Shown in pieces: positions 28,219-42,596 of a stretch of DNA of 64,000 bases (the first letter of the stretch is position 1; the number at the start of each line of letters is the position of its first letter). The translations under genes and the position numbers were made by a program. The DNA is from Chrysomallon squamiferum (Eukaryota > Animalia > Mollusca), in NCBI GenBank assembly GCA_012295275.1, contig CM022665.1, forward strand, positions 21,576,001-21,640,000, in the 5' to 3' direction. Under the pieces are notes generated by a model, which worked only from the letters and a program-made list of their open reading frames with translations, made no database searches and was not told the origin of the DNA.

Positions 28219-31200
28219 CTACGCGGCCAATTTACCTGCTCTCTGCTTAATTTATTTCCCATCTGATGTTCTCTACATCATCAGCAATACCTCTGCGTTG
28301 CACATCAACGCCGACTGCCACGCTAATTTATTGTGTTAACCTGTTATTTTAGTCGTTTCTGTTTCTTAGTTCGTGGATTATTTCCAGTTCCAGCGCCGCA
28401 GATTAATGAATTGTACCCGAAAACCAGAGAATCATTCCTAATGTGTGCACGCCAGTGCTTCATTGGTTTTAGAAAAGATTATGGTACGCACTGTTTTGTC
28501 CATATAGTGCCACAGATAAATGAATTATATACGAAAGCCAGAAAACAGCGTATTTAGGCAAGTGCTCCACTGATTTTTAAAAAGGTTATGGTATGTATTG
28601 TCATGTCTTTTTATGGACTGATTACACATGACTGCAGGGATTCAATACGAGTAACACAAGATGTCGCTGAAATTGCATTCCTCTTAAAGACTGTACTTGA
28701 CACGTATCAACTCATTAATCAGCTTATTTTCTGTATGTGAAACTTACGGTAACATACCAAACTGACAGCTACACGGTCCTAATATGATTTATAAAGTAAA
28801 AATATATATATTTAAAAAAAGAAAAAAAAAAGAAGGCTAAATTACTTCCGATCTGACAGTTTTGATAACACGGTTTTCTAAGTAGTTAACGAAGCGAAAT
28901 AATTCCTTTTTCTTTTCCCTCCCTCCCTTTATCTATCCCTCTCCCTCGCTCTCTGTTTCTTTTTTCCTTTTAAGTATGAATAAACGTTTGCCATTTATAT
29001 GTGCAAGTATGTTGGGTAAATATGTACTACTAATATCTCTAATCCTATTAATGACAATGATATTGATGATTACAAAGATAATGATGGCTATGATGATGAT
29101 GATTATGATTATGATGATGGCTATCATACGATGACTGATGATAAAGTGAATGATGGCTATGATAATATTATGACTATGATGATGATTGCTCTGTTGATGA
29201 TGACTGATGATGATGACAATTAAGAAAAGAAAACAAAGTAGTAAATACTTATTAATCAAAAAGAGAGCTGTTTAATAGTAATTATTATTCTTACTAAATT
29301 AAAGAAAAGAAACGTTCTGTAACGTGTAATGAAATAAGATTCTCACAGACAAATCGTTGCTTCTGACCCTGGACCTATTTTCCAAACGTGGAAATGGAGA
29401 GAGAGAAAAAAAATTAGTTTTATCTTTCGTGATGTATGTTTTAAGAGCTATTTCTAGTAGCAGAATCAAGACAGAATGAGTCAGTAACAAACTCTCTGAA
29501 TCCTTTCATTTGGTTTTTATCTACCAAACTTACTTATCTACCTACTTGCCTGCCTATTTGTGCGTGAGTGTGTGTGTGTATGTCTGTCTGTCTGTGTCTG
29601 TCATATATATGCCTAGTTATCAGTGTCTATTCTGTTATGTGTCTACCTATTTATCTATGTATCTGTCTGTTAGTGCATAGCTATGTATCCAGTCTGTTTA
29701 TATCAGTCTACGAATCAGTCTATCTATATCTATGACCCAGTCTATTTGTTTCTATCTATCTGTCTGTCTGTCTCTGTCTATGTATCTACCTATATCTACC
29801 TATCTATTTTACTCATTTATTATTTCTCGTTTTATTCCCTGCTCTTAAATTTACTCTCTCCCTCCCTTGCTACTAGTCCGTTTCTGATTGTAAACAAATA
29901 CGGCTGGAAATACGATTCCAACTCAGATTAAAAGAAAAAAATGACTAGTTCTCCACGTGACTTCAGTAGATAAGACTGCACGCGCTTTTGGTTATGTTCA
30001 GAATACCTGTTCATATCACATTTGCGGTTTTGAAAAACCAAGAAAAAGAAAAAGAAATACCCAGAAAACAGATGTGGAAGTCTTTCGCTGGTCAGTGCTG
30101 TAGAAGACAAAATAAAAAAAAAACACAAGAAAACCAGTTTTTTGGGATGCCAGATATAAAAGAATAATTTCAAAGAGTTTATTTTCAAGTTTTACCATCT
30201 TATTTTAAAATAATACTCGTCTTCTCCAATGACACATCATGTTTAAAATACTTATTTATTTATTTATTTATGAATAATATCATCATCATCTTTAATATTA
30301 GTAGTATAGACAGACAGACAGACAGACTGGGAAATAGATACAGTCCCTTTTTACACTACATTTGACGGAAAGCGTGTTGAAAGATTATTTCATTTTATTT
30401 CATTTCATTTCATTTTGAATTATTATTTGTGTTTGTTCTGTGTTTTGACAATTTGTCGACTGACTGCATACGTAACCGACATACGCCCCTGACAAACAGT
30501 AACCTTGTCAATGCAATAGTCATCACTCGATCAATCATCATTCACCTGGTACAGGCGAGTGATGCGACAGAGGTCAAAAACGAGTTCACCAAAAAACGCA
30601 ATTCCAGTCTTTACAGGTGTAACACTTTTTTTTATTTCTTTTAATTACACGTAGTGGGAATTGCTGAATAAATTTGTTATTCCTCTTTCAAGTTAGCACA
30701 TTGGGCAATGCGTTTGTTTTGTTCACTTTTGTTTATTCTTCCTGGGGTGTTTTTTTATTATTATTATTTTAATTTAATTTAATTTAATTTTTGTTATTGT
30801 TGTTGTTGTTGTTGTTGTTTTTGTTTTTAACTTCGTCTTTTTCTGTTGTACGATGACCGAGATCTAATAAAGTTTGGAAGGACTGAATGAAATATTAATT
30901 GCTGTCAATTTTGTCGTGCGTGTGCGTGCGTGCGTGTAAATAAAACGTATGTCAATAATAATTGTTTTAAAAATAGTAAGAAAATAAAAACTTTATCTGA
31001 ATAGATATTCGAGACAAATGGACAAGCAAAGATATAAATGGAGTCGAACATCGATAAACTGAAACTGAAGGTCAACAAAACAGTTCGAGCGTCTGGGAGT
31101 TCGAGTTTTCGAAAATCATATTATAATATGTTCCCGTTAAAACGTGTATAACAAACTTGTTTAATTATAAAACTGCCTAATTTGACTTATTTTCAAATGC

Positions 31201-33629
31201 ATTAGTTTAAAACACCTAAATAAAGCATGTATGAAACAGAACACATAAACAATAGTCATCATTATAAACATTGTTAAATTTACCATAATGTAAATGAATA
31301 AATGAACGATGAATAAACTCCCAAAATGGCTGGCTACTGAAATTCAAAGTCAGCATAAATGCACTGATGTTAATATCGAGATAATACCACTAACAATAAC
31401 TACAGCAAGTACTACTAACACTAATACTACAACCACTACTACTATCATATCACTACGATTATTATTATTATTATTTATCATCATTGTTGTTATAATGATT
31501 ATTTTATGTTTATTGTTTGTTTTGTTTTGTTTTTATTGTTTTTCTTTAATATGATTAAATGCACATGAAATTAAATCTAAAACAAACTGGGCAGACATTT
31601 GTCCACACTTTTAAAAATCTGTCAAGTCATTAAGAGTTGACGAATTTTCTCAAAAAGGAAATTATCAAAAACCGGTAAGCGCTTAACATGAACATCAAAC
31701 ACTGAGCAGTAACTGAAAGTTCATAGCACAGTTTGACTTTCTGTAACAAAAAACCACATGAAAATAAAATAGCAAATAAGTTTTTACTGTAGACTTAATT
31801 TGGTTCTTAATGGCCACGGACGTACGCGTTTATCAGCGGAAAGTTTCCAGCTTATTAGTTTCGAATTGTATATATATAAATAAAGCTAAGAGCAAGCCAG
31901 AGAATGCTGGAATGTTGTTGGTTGTTGTTATTTTCCTCCGTCATTGACAGGTTGTTTTAAACGATTAATTCTTCTTACAATTACTTCCACTCTTTACAGA
32001 ACTAGATCGCGGAGCGCACCACTGTGTAAGCAGTCACCTGTCAGTCCATTTTAACCAATACAGATGTATTTATCCGCACGTGCGCGTGCCAATCTTCTGC
32101 TGCTGTGTAAAGCCGTGAATTCGTCTCGCGTTGCCCACTTAGTTCAGGTTTATTTTTATCTTTGGAAATTTGGCCCCATTATTAAAATCTGGTTCTTGAA
32201 TTACAAGGGCGCCCGGAGATCAGTGTAAATGATTTAAACAGTGGCAGGGTTGGGTTTCTTGAAAGAGCAGTCTGCTGCACACATTTGACGTCAGCAGAAA
32301 TTGGAAATGAGCATGCGCCCTCGTGCATCGTCTCATGTTTGAAATCAACATGCTGGTTACTATCAGGTGTCACGTCTGTACTTTTAAATTTGAAACTGGG
32401 TCGCATTTAAATATTCTTTTATTAAGTGATAATACTGTGTAGAGTTACAACGCCAGACAGAAATATTTTCATTTTCTGGCAGTGGAAAGAAAAGGTCAGT
32501 GATTCAAATAAAAGTATACACGATGTTTGTGTATGTATTACTGGCAGCGAGATATCTTTTTATGCCGAACTCCACGTAGATGGAACTAATTTTATCAATC
32601 ATTGTAAGATTCTAACGTGTATTGTCGACAGCGCTGATCTAGATATAATTAATGATTAAAAAAAAAAAAAAAAAAAAAATTAAGAATAAATAAAATAACT
32701 AATATAACATGATATTTAATAAATTATCAGAAACAGTAGTAACATTACATACAAACAGATATAGAGACGTACATATCAGTGTCGAATGAAATGAAAGGAA
32801 AGATGAATGGCAAAAAATAGATACAGACAAATAGACGTATCCATCATGAAATGCAAGAGAAGATGAATAATAAATAAAAGACAGACAGACACTCGTACAC
32901 ATCATAACCCAATGAAATGCAAGAGAAAATGAAAAATAAAAAGTTACAGTCAGACGTACACATCAGTACCTAATGAAATGAAAGAGAAGATGAATAATAA
33001 TTTTAAAAAAAAATTAAAAAAAGACAGACATTCAGACGAACACACAAGAGAGAAGATCAATGATTAAGAAAAAAAATAAAATAAATAGACACAAACAGAC
33101 AGTCGTGCTGATAAATATTTGTCTAAATGCTGATTGTTCTTAAACTGGACAAATCCCAAAACTCGTCAAAAGTTTTGCGAATCTTTGTGTTGCAGACGGC
33201 GATCACAGAGGCATCTCGCCAGACTGAGTTTGGTGAAGATTTCTGGTATGTGTGTAAATTAACTGCACTCAGTTTACGAATAGCTCTTCAGGAAAATTCA
33301 GTCGTATGGCTGCCCATTGGTGTAATAATTCAGTATGTGGATGGGCGTATTATAGTAATAAATTTAACTCACAGTTCGATCTTTAGAAAAAGACACTCCG
33401 CAACTCATTTAAAGTATTGATTATATTAGCTGATTCACACAGACGCATATCAATCTTATTGCATGGTAAATAGTACATTATTGTCCATTCACTATTAATA
33501 ATCTCGTAAATTCAATTTCATACACCTCCAAAGGAACTGAATCTAATTACCAAAAATATTTGTTTGCAAAGTATGCATTTTATTGATCATTTAGAAATCC
33601 GTATTATATATATAAACAAATAGTATTAT

Positions 33630-33677
<48 letters not shown>

Positions 33678-35532
33678 CACCACCACCACCACCACTGAAT
33701 TATGACCCAAATGGCCAACCGTATTTTTGTGTATTGCGACACACCTGCAAGCTTTTATTGGTGTAATTAACAACGGGTATAAAACAGACCCCACGTGCTA
33801 CACCTACACAGTATGTGTGATTAAGGTATCCGAGTAATAGTATATCTTGTAATTACCTATCATGTCGTGACATATGACCAGTTATCTCCCGGTCGTTGAA
33901 TACCACTGCAGAAAGAATGTCTCATATATAAACCGTTTTTGTACTTAGTGATTTTGTTCTAAACACATGAGACATTTTTTTAAAATAAATAAATTAATAA
34001 ATTAATGGATATTTAACGACACCGATGTCAAAAAGAACATCTGATTCGGAGATACTGAACATTAACAACTGTTTTTACGCGACTAGATTTCATTTCAACT
34101 CTTGAAAATCTATTAATTTTTTATTATTATTATTATTTTTTTTTTTTTTTTTTTTAAATTGCATTTAGTGAACTGAGGTACAGTGTCAATAACAAGAATT
34201 AAATCTCGAGCTAATAGATTTGACGTTACGTCACGATTGCTATCTCAGATTACAAAAAAAGGGTTTAGAAAAAATCATCATACTAACAAAACAAAAAAAC
34301 AACAACTATTATATGAAATAGAGAACTGTTAGTTATAGTAGGCCTAGACATAAAAACAGTATTTGTTGTAGTTTTAAATAGAAATGACTATTTCTGTAGC
34401 AATACTTGTAATACTAACAGCAGTAGTAGTGGTTGTAGTAGGGATAGCAGTAGCAGAAGCACAGCAGTAGTAATAGTTGTAGTAGTAGCAGCAACAGTAG
34501 AAGTAATAATAGTAGTGGTAGTGGTAGTAGCAGTAGTAGTAGTAGAAGTGATAGCAGGAGTAGTAGCAGTAGAAGTAATAGTAGTAATTGTAACAGTAGT
34601 AGATGTAGTAGTAGTAGTGGCGGTACTAATGATATAGATAGTAGTAGTGGTAGTAGTGATAGTGACAGTAGTAGCAGTAGCAGTAGAAGTAGTAGTGATA
34701 GTAGCAGTAGTATTAGTAGTGATAGTAGCAGTAGTATTAGTAGTGATAGTAGAGTAGTAGTAGTAGTGATAGTGATAGTAGTACAGTAGTGATAGTGTAG
34801 TCGCAGAAGCAGCTGCAGTAGGGATATTAGAACTAGTGGTCATTGCTGCTGGAGGCTTTTTAATATAAAGAAATGAAAACTCAGATAGCGAAGTAATCGT
34901 TTATAAATAATAATAAATAAAAAAAATACAAAAGAATTCTTCGAGCAGAATTAAAAACGTGATTGTGACAGTACTCAGAAGATTAATCGAATGCAACCTT
35001 CTAAAATAACCACAGAAATTGTCCGGATCGTCTGGAGGATGGCAGCAGCATACGACGTGTTGATACATTATTATGATTTCTGACAAGAAATATCTCCAAA
35101 TATTAAAACATAAGAATGTCGAGAAGGGATTTCTTTTTTTTTCTTTTTTCTTTTTTTAACAACACAGCGTGCAAACTACTAGCGAATGCTCTTCGTAGCC
35201 AGTGTCAGTTTTGGTGATCTTCCTTCGTTAACGTTATTTGCTCAGCTTAATACATAATCGCCGATTTTCGCAAGCATAAGTCATTAATTATTCATTAATG
35301 CTTTTGACAATATCAATTTAATGAAATAAAGAGTTGGGATTTTTTTAAAATAATATAAGAGTATCTTTCACACTGCACGAGAGACTTTATACTTTAATAG
35401 TTTCTATGTAACCTCATGAATTTCAACGACATAAAATAATTGGAACATTAATAGAATACACCTTTTTAAAAAACCGACAACAACAAAAAACAAATGAGAA
35501 CCAGTTTAATTTTCAATTCTGTTTTGTTAACG

Positions 35533-35592
<60 letters not shown>

Positions 35593-36559
35593 TGTGCGTG
35601 TGCGTGTGTGTGTGTGTGTGTGCATGTGTGTGTGTTTCTCTCTTTCTCTCTCACCCAAACACATGTAAGCCCGCACTCGTGCATTTTAAGTTATCCCAGT
35701 ACTGGAAACTGATTTTGGGTTTTAACATTACGACGTACTTTTAACGGACAATAACATTCGTTTAATTCCATTATCTATCAACCCATTCTGGTCTATAATG
35801 AAAAGAATATATTAATTATTATAAGTATGATAAAAAGCATCAATATATAATTTTTTTAACTGAAACGTCCAATTTTCGTTTACCCCAAGGAATGTCTAAG
35901 CTGGAAAACTAGAGAATATGGCCCGAATTCATGCAAAGGAACCAAGTCTAGAATTCACCTGGGCTCTGTAATTTGATAAAACTGTGAAACCGCACAGCTA
36001 TAAATCATCTTACATCGTAATGGTTTAGAATAATTCAAAACTATTCAGCAAAATTAATCTAAATGCTTCCTTCTTTAAAAAGGAAAGCAAGAAAAAGGTC
36101 TATGAAAAGTAAGAAAAGAAAAGAAAAGAAAAAGAAAAGTATAAACTTTGGCAAAAGAAGAAGAAATATACAAACAAAAGATTAAAGTTATAAAAGAAGT
36201 ATCGGGTTAAAATTCATTATAATTAATTTAAAGATCAAAACAAGAGTGAAAGAAAAATGCATTTTACAAACTTGTTTACTTAAAATAAAATTCAACGAGC
36301 TGTTTTCTGTAAACAAAAGACAAAATACGTGTGTAACAAGCATGTTTAGTCGGCAGTTACAATGACCCTTCAAAAAGCGTTCAAAGAAAAACAAACGTAG
36401 CTTACCTGAACGAATGCAATCGGCCAAAGTTCCTCCGAGTGTTGTTTTTTTATCTTTCAGTTTTTCAAAAACTTCCTTTGTCAAATGTTTTTTCAACAGC
36501 GATTTACAATCAGCCGCTTCACTCAATTTCTTGTACATCGCTTCCAATTCTTCTGCCAT
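3007..36559 (-). CDS. AK: Arginine kinase gene AK-B, partial (exons 1-3; the rest lies left of the window)
   Basis: Exon 1 (36406-36559), exon 2 (4937-5205) and exon 3 (3007-3155) join in frame. I found no other exon 2 between 36.4 kb and 5.2 kb, so a 31,200-nt intron is inferred. Confidence 0.85.
3150..3475. repeat. Degenerate ~80-90-bp tandem repeat overlapping the AK-B exon 3 acceptor
   Basis: Four recurrences of ACAAGCCAT...ATTAAA(G/T)GATTAACATACAC. Confidence 0.8.
4659..4790 (+). repeat. Dispersed 72-bp repeat with (TTA)n tail, copy 1; probably a truncated retroelement 3' end
   Basis: 4659-4730 is the exact reverse complement of 14105-14176. Confidence 0.85.
4937..5205 (-). CDS. AK: AK-B exon 2 ([16 protein letters not shown]...PPILTKE)
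   Basis: Acceptor tttcag|GA, 269 nt, donor GAG|GTGTGT; same boundaries as AK-A exon 2 but 3 aa longer. Confidence 0.95.
6050..6395. repeat. (TTA)n/(TAG)n/(CAG)n low-complexity tract; similar tracts at 3680-3890, 34400-34840, 37380-37740 and 40750-41260
   Basis: Direct inspection; source of the poly-L/Y/T/V pseudo-ORFs. Confidence 0.9.
10328..10650. repeat. Degenerate ~56-60-bp tandem repeat, about 5 copies
   Basis: Recurring CAGAATAYAGTGGCAGT...ATGGATATTAAA...GAACGAT. Confidence 0.8.
12073..12580. repeat. Compound (CA)/(CTGT)/(CT) microsatellite and ~400-bp polypyrimidine tract
   Basis: Direct inspection. Confidence 0.95.
14047..14176 (-). repeat. Dispersed 72-bp repeat with (TTA)n tail, copy 2 (inverted)
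   Basis: See copy 1. Confidence 0.85.
16082..16922. repeat. 28-bp minisatellite, 30 copies
   Basis: Units CATAGCTCCATTATTAAACAACAGTCTA and CATATCGCCATCATTAAACAACAGTCTA interspersed head to tail. Confidence 0.97.
21283..21520. repeat. 26-bp minisatellite, about 9 copies
   Basis: TTACAAATCTGTGTTTAT(TG/GA)GAAAC(A/G). Confidence 0.92.
23988..24225 (+). other. Candidate spliced antisense transcript inside AK-B intron 1
   Basis: 68-nt intron 24038-24105 with CAG|GTGCGT, CTAAC branch site near 24072, poly-T and TACAG|; GC-rich flanks; frame stays open across the junction. Confidence 0.4.
25590..25778. repeat. (CCACTA)n followed by (TTA)n microsatellite
   Basis: Direct inspection. Confidence 0.95.
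28390..28610 (+). repeat. Degenerate ~115-bp tandem duplication sharing a motif with 53921-54030 (possible old SINE-like fragments)
   Basis: CAGATWAATGAATT...CCAGA...AGTGCTYCAYTG...ATGGTAYG occurs twice; similar CCAGTACTCCAC...ATGGTATGTA at 53932. Confidence 0.45.
32755..33105. repeat. Degenerate ~60-70-bp tandem repeat, about 5 copies
   Basis: Recurring AGACGTACACATCA...ATGAAATG(C/A)AAGAGAAGATGAAT. Confidence 0.75.
36406..36559 (-). CDS. AK: AK-B first coding exon ([12 protein letters not shown]...[10 protein letters not shown])
   Basis: Strong Kozak context caccATGG; 154 nt = 51 codons + 1; donor TCAG|GTAAGC. Confidence 0.92.
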
Positions 36560-37381
36560 GGTGAACAATTAAATTCTTTAAAATTTGACTGTCTCTTTCC
36601 TTTTCTTTTGAAAAAAAAATTAAAATTTATCTCCTTCCAGACGATATGAAATTAAAGCAATCTGCACGTGTCAATCAATCAAACGATGTCAGTTTTCTTT
36701 TCCGGTATTTGAAAATAAAAAAAAATATATATATAAGAAACTGTTTCAAATGAACAAGGGAGGGTGTGAAAAAATTAAGTCTATTGCTAGTGAAGTGAAA
36801 ATGTTGGAAGTTAAATCCACGCTCAAACTATCGGTATCTTTCTTTGCCTGTCTGCAGACTGAATTTTACTTCCAGTTTATATTTAGCACACCACTGTGTC
36901 TCACGCTGCACCCTTCGGCTGCTTCAGCTGTACAAAACTGCTCGAGTAAAATCGATTTACAGCGAGGATGTAAGGGGCGGATATGGTTTCAATTCTTCAC
37001 ACTCTGTTTCCGCTTAGCAACAAACCAGCTACGTCATGCGTCACACGTGATTAATTAAACGAAATAAAGACGAAAACGTACTCATAAAAAAAATGTATAA
37101 CGTGATTAGGGATTAAAGATTTTTAATAAATATGTTGGTATTTGAAACCAACATCCCTCTCCCTTCAGTCCCCAGAGATGCAAAGTTGTCTTGGTTAGCA
37201 ACAGGCGGTATAATACTCCTGCGTTAAAATTGTCCACATTTTTTTCTGACAAGCAAATATGCTTGATGCGTTGGATTTATTATATCCTTGAATGGAATTC
37301 AGATACTCATCTTGTACAGTACACACCGGTCAGATTAATTCAGAGCAGTGAATAACATGTCCAAGCAGAAAACACCACTTT

Positions 37382-37421
<40 letters not shown>

Positions 37422-37680
37422 ATATACTATAGTTTTGCAAATATTTCTTTGAAACTAGTAGTAGTAGTAGTAATAATAGTAGCAGTGGTAGTAGCAGCAG
37501 CTATAGTAATAGTTGTAGTAATTAGTAGTAATAGTAGTAACAAGCCCAGAAACTAGTGTTAGTTCTACTAGATATTGTAGTAGCAGTAATTAGCAATATT
37601 TAAAGAAGCAGTAATGTTATACATGTATTCTAGTTATTATTATTGTTGTTGTTGTTGTTTTTGCTGTTGTTGTTACTACA

Positions 37681-37711
<31 letters not shown>

Positions 37712-37941
37712 TTATTATTATTATTATTATTATTATGATTATTATCAAATCATCAGCAGCAGCATTACGTTAGCTTTAAAGAATGTTTGAGTTGTTATTT
37801 TGAGAGTTGTCGCTGTTACTGTTGTAAGAAAACATTTCACTTCGTTGGCAGTATTTCCTATTTTTCATTTTTTTTATTTAATTAGTTAGTTAGTTATGTT
37901 ATTCTCCAAAGCAAATATTGTTTATTTTTGTTTCATTTTTA

Positions 37942-38018
<77 letters not shown>

Positions 38019-39225
38019 AAATCACCTGTTCGCATTATATCAGTCCCTACTTTGAATATAACCAGTATATTTTTATATTCAACGAACTGTTTTACGAAAA
38101 CAATGTTTACTGTTGTTTTATATTACACTGTGATTTACTAACACCAGATAAACTTTACACAACAGTGACGTAGTTAATTTATGCTTTATCTGCGTGAAAA
38201 AACACAAAACACTATTATATAGATTAAATCTTTGTTCAATTAACTCCTATTGAATATCGTAGCATGTAGGCACACGCAGATAATGTTAATATTCAGTAAT
38301 ATCAACAAAAGATATACTCGTCAAAATCCTAGTTTACTCCAGATTACTAATTAACATGCGTCTTTGTCAAGTAATTTAAAGCTTGACCGACGTAAGGTCA
38401 TAGTCACGGTTGATCGGATGACCAGTTACAACTAGTGGTCAGTCGCGGAATTGAGGTTTAGCCAATCAGAACCGCGTTGCTAAGTGATTATAAACTGCAT
38501 CGTCTGTTTCAAAACTGTGCCTTCAATATAATAATTGTTATAAAATACAGATTTTTTTTTTTTTAATTAAATAATAATAATAATAATAATAATCATAATC
38601 ATAATAATAAAAAATGTATCTATTTATGTATGTATGTATCTTTAAAAAAAAAAAATATAATCATTAACACACATACATATTTGCATGCATACATATATAC
38701 ATACAAACATACATATGCACATACACACACACACATGCACCCATTAACATACATGCATACTTACTCATACATTATCCGTATATCAACATACACGTACACG
38801 CATGCACGCATGTACGCATGCAAACACATATACACACAAACACATGGAGACGTGTAAATAGGTACTATATACACACACACAGAAAAAATAATAATAAAAT
38901 ATATATATATATATATATATATATAGATATATATATTACATCGTTGTTTTTTGTTTGTGTTTTTTCGCTGAGAAAAGTTGTAATTAATAAGCACTCTGTC
39001 ATACGCAGTGACGTATTTCTGACGTGTTTTGTGAGTTAGGTTACGCATTCCACGGTCGCTCGGTTACCATGTCAGATATATCACCGTTACGTTTTGCTAG
39101 CGTACACCCTACGTTTATATGCAGGGTTCATGTTTTTAATTTTCATTCTTTGTTTTATTTTGTTTCCTGTTGTGGGACTTGCTTGTGGTTATTTTATTTA
39201 TGTATTTATTTTTATTATTATTTTA

Positions 39226-39279
<54 letters not shown>

Positions 39280-39930
39280 TTTTAATTATTACTATTTTTT
39301 TTTTTCTTTCTTTCTTCGTTTATTATTATTATTATTTTTTAATAGTATTCATTTTATTAGTTTTTATTTATTTATTTATTTAACTAATTATTTTTATTTG
39401 TTTATTTTATTTTTAAAACTTATTTATCATTTTTTATTTTTATTTTATTTTAATATATTACTTTTTTTGGAGAGATTAAAGTAAAATAATGTGGGTGTGT
39501 GGGTGTGTGTGTGGGTGTGTGTGTGTGTGTGTGTGTGTACAGACTCATAGAGATCAAACGAAAATCTTTAAATGCGGTTTTGTAATTAGTGTATATAGCG
39601 TGCACGTTATAAATTGTACTGCACATATTCGAAAAAAAAGGAGAGAAAATAGAAGGTTATCTTTACATGTGCCTAGCAACCACAAACTGTTTATTACACG
39701 GAATGATGTTTTCTCCATTGTTTGTCTGCTTGTTTCTCGTGTGAGATACATACCGTATTGTACATGTATGTAAAGCATGTTTATTGCAGTTGTTATTTTC
39801 TCGTAAGAGTAAATTATTTGTTTATAGTTAGTTGTTTTGAGATATTCTGTACACGAACGCATGCACGCACATACATACATACATACATACATGCGTACAT
39901 ACACATACATGAGTGAACATTTTTGTATGC

Positions 39931-39982
<52 letters not shown>

Positions 39983-40307
39983 GCCTTATTCTTTTCTTTT
40001 TCTTATTTTGTTTTCAAAACATTTTTTTTTTTTTTTTTTTTTTTTTGTGTTGTGCATGTGTATAATTGGAACTGCTTTCAGTACACGACAGAACAAAAAC
40101 AGATTTCTGCATCAATTGACATCTGGCCATTGAAACGTTCTAATATGTTTACCACAGGTCAACAACGACTGTTACAATCGCATCATTCAGCAGCTACACT
40201 ACAAAGATATCTTCTTGCGAAAGGTAAATAAACTGGTTCATCAAACCATCAGTATGTGGAAAATACTTATAACGTTGTTTTCTTTTGTTTTTTGTTTCCT
40301 TTCTTTC

Positions 40308-40406
<99 letters not shown>

Positions 40407-42553
40407 TTTATTGGTTTCTCTCGCTGCTGGATCTTTTTTTTTTTTTTTTTTTGGTTTTTTTTTTTTCTATTTCTGTTTCACGTAGTTTCAAGTAAAACTG
40501 AACTGTTAAAATACATGTCAGACTTCTCGAGAAAGAATGAACAGAAGTAACAAACAATCTGGAAACCAAAAACAACCAAAAAAAAATTAAAATAAAATGG
40601 AAAATGTGATGTAAAAGAGCATTTTAAAAATGACAGAAAGAAAAAATGAGACAAAGGAAGAATAGAAGAGCAAACGTTTCCCATTAACTTTACGTCAGAA
40701 TGTTTGAATAACAAAAAAGAAAAAAGTGGTAGCAGTAACAGTTGTATTAGTAGTAGCAAACTGTAGTAAATAGCTGTAGTAGTAGTAGTTATGGCAGTAA
40801 TAGCAGTAGTAAGTAGTTCTAATAGTAGTAAATAGTTGTAGTCATAATAGTAAGTAGTTGTAGTAATAGCAGTACTATTAAGTGATTGTAATGGTGGTAA
40901 TAGTAGTAGTAGTAGTAATAATAGTAGTAATAGTAATAGTAGTAGTAATAGTAGTAAGTACAGTTGTAATAATAGTAATAGTAGCAGTAATAGTAATAAT
41001 AGTAGTAATAGTAATAGTAGTAGTAATAGTAGTAAGTACAGTTGTAATAATAGTAATAGTAGCAGTAGTAGTTTTAATAGTAAGAAGTAGTGGCAGAAAT
41101 AGTAGTACTAATAGTTTTAGTAGTAGTAGCTATGATAGTAGTGGTAGTAGTTGTTTTTGTTTTAGGAGCTACAGTGCAATGTTTGTGGTAATAGTAATAA
41201 ATCTGCTACTACTACTACTGCTACTACTGCTACTACTACTAGTACTCCTACTCCTACTAATAATAACAAAAATAAAATAAGAAGAAGCAGAAGAAAAATT
41301 ATCATTATATTGATTTGTTACAAGAGTGTGATAAAGTTAATTGGTTAAATTCTTGTTAATTCTCGTTCCAACCAGTACACGATAACAGGGCTTATTTAGA
41401 TCGTGGTTGGTACTCTACTGTTTATTTATTACATAGACATGATTTGTGTTTGATAATCATCCACACAAAAAATGGTCTAGGTAACATAAAGTTTTATCTA
41501 TTATTCGAAGGCTACGAAGTCTGGTATTGTTTTAGGAATGAAACCATAGGCTTGTAATCTATATTCCATTTTTTTTATTTTTTTTCCCCAGTAACAAAAA
41601 GGAATTTTGCAAACACATGCCGTTCTTGTAAACCCGTCAGTAGTCCACGAGCACAGCGATTCACGTGCAATGTTTGCACGAAACTGGTGCACGAGGAATG
41701 CTCGTGAGATACGTGACTCTAATCTCACAGAAAGGCAGGGTAAAAAATAATAAGAGTATGGAGTTTCACACTAAACATGTGAATCGTTTGCTTGTGTGTA
41801 CATTTTGTTAATTTTTACTGTGAGGCAGCAATATTTGATATTCCAGGATTCTGAGATTTGTATTTGTTTCTGTTGCTGTTGTTTTTTGTTTGCTTGTTGT
41901 TGTTTTTTTTTTTTTTTTTTTTTTGTTGGTGTTGTTGTTTTGTTTGTTGTTTTTTTGGCGGGGGTGTTTTTTTGTTCTGTTTTTTTTTTTTTTTTTTGGT
42001 AGGGGTCTTAATTAGGATTTACATATTATTTTAATTTTATAAATTTATTGTGTTTGTCGGAACATTATTCGTTATTATAACTGAACTGATACAGGTAAAC
42101 CTTGACTGAAAAAATAAAGAATGTAAAGGTAAAGGTCATTCAGGAAAACAGTATGAAACCATAAAGTTAAATAAGTTTTATAAAATAAAGAAAGAAGGAA
42201 AAAAAAATTAATATTACTGGATAATTGTAATAGTCATTTAATAGAATAACTATCGATGTAGCAAAAGTAATAAAAATAACAGCTGTACCAGTTCTAATAG
42301 TGATAGTGGTAGTAGTAGTAGTAGCAGTAGTAGTAATAGTAGTGGCAGTAGTAGTAGCTGTTGTTGTAATAGTAGTATAGTAGCTAGTTGTTGTTGTAAT
42401 AGTAGTATAGTAACTAGTAGTAGTAATAGTAACAGCTTTAAAATAATAATAATAAATAAATAAATAAATATTAAAATATTCGATTTAAAATAAAATTAAA
42501 TCAAATCAAACGATTACCTTGCTTGTTTGTTGTTTTATTTTGTTTTTGTTTTC

Positions 42554-42596
<43 letters not shown>

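Noticed and set aside
36855-36885. TATAAA plus TCAGT initiator for AK-B
   Set aside because: Spacing is about 21 nt, too short for a canonical pair, and such motifs are common in AT-rich DNA
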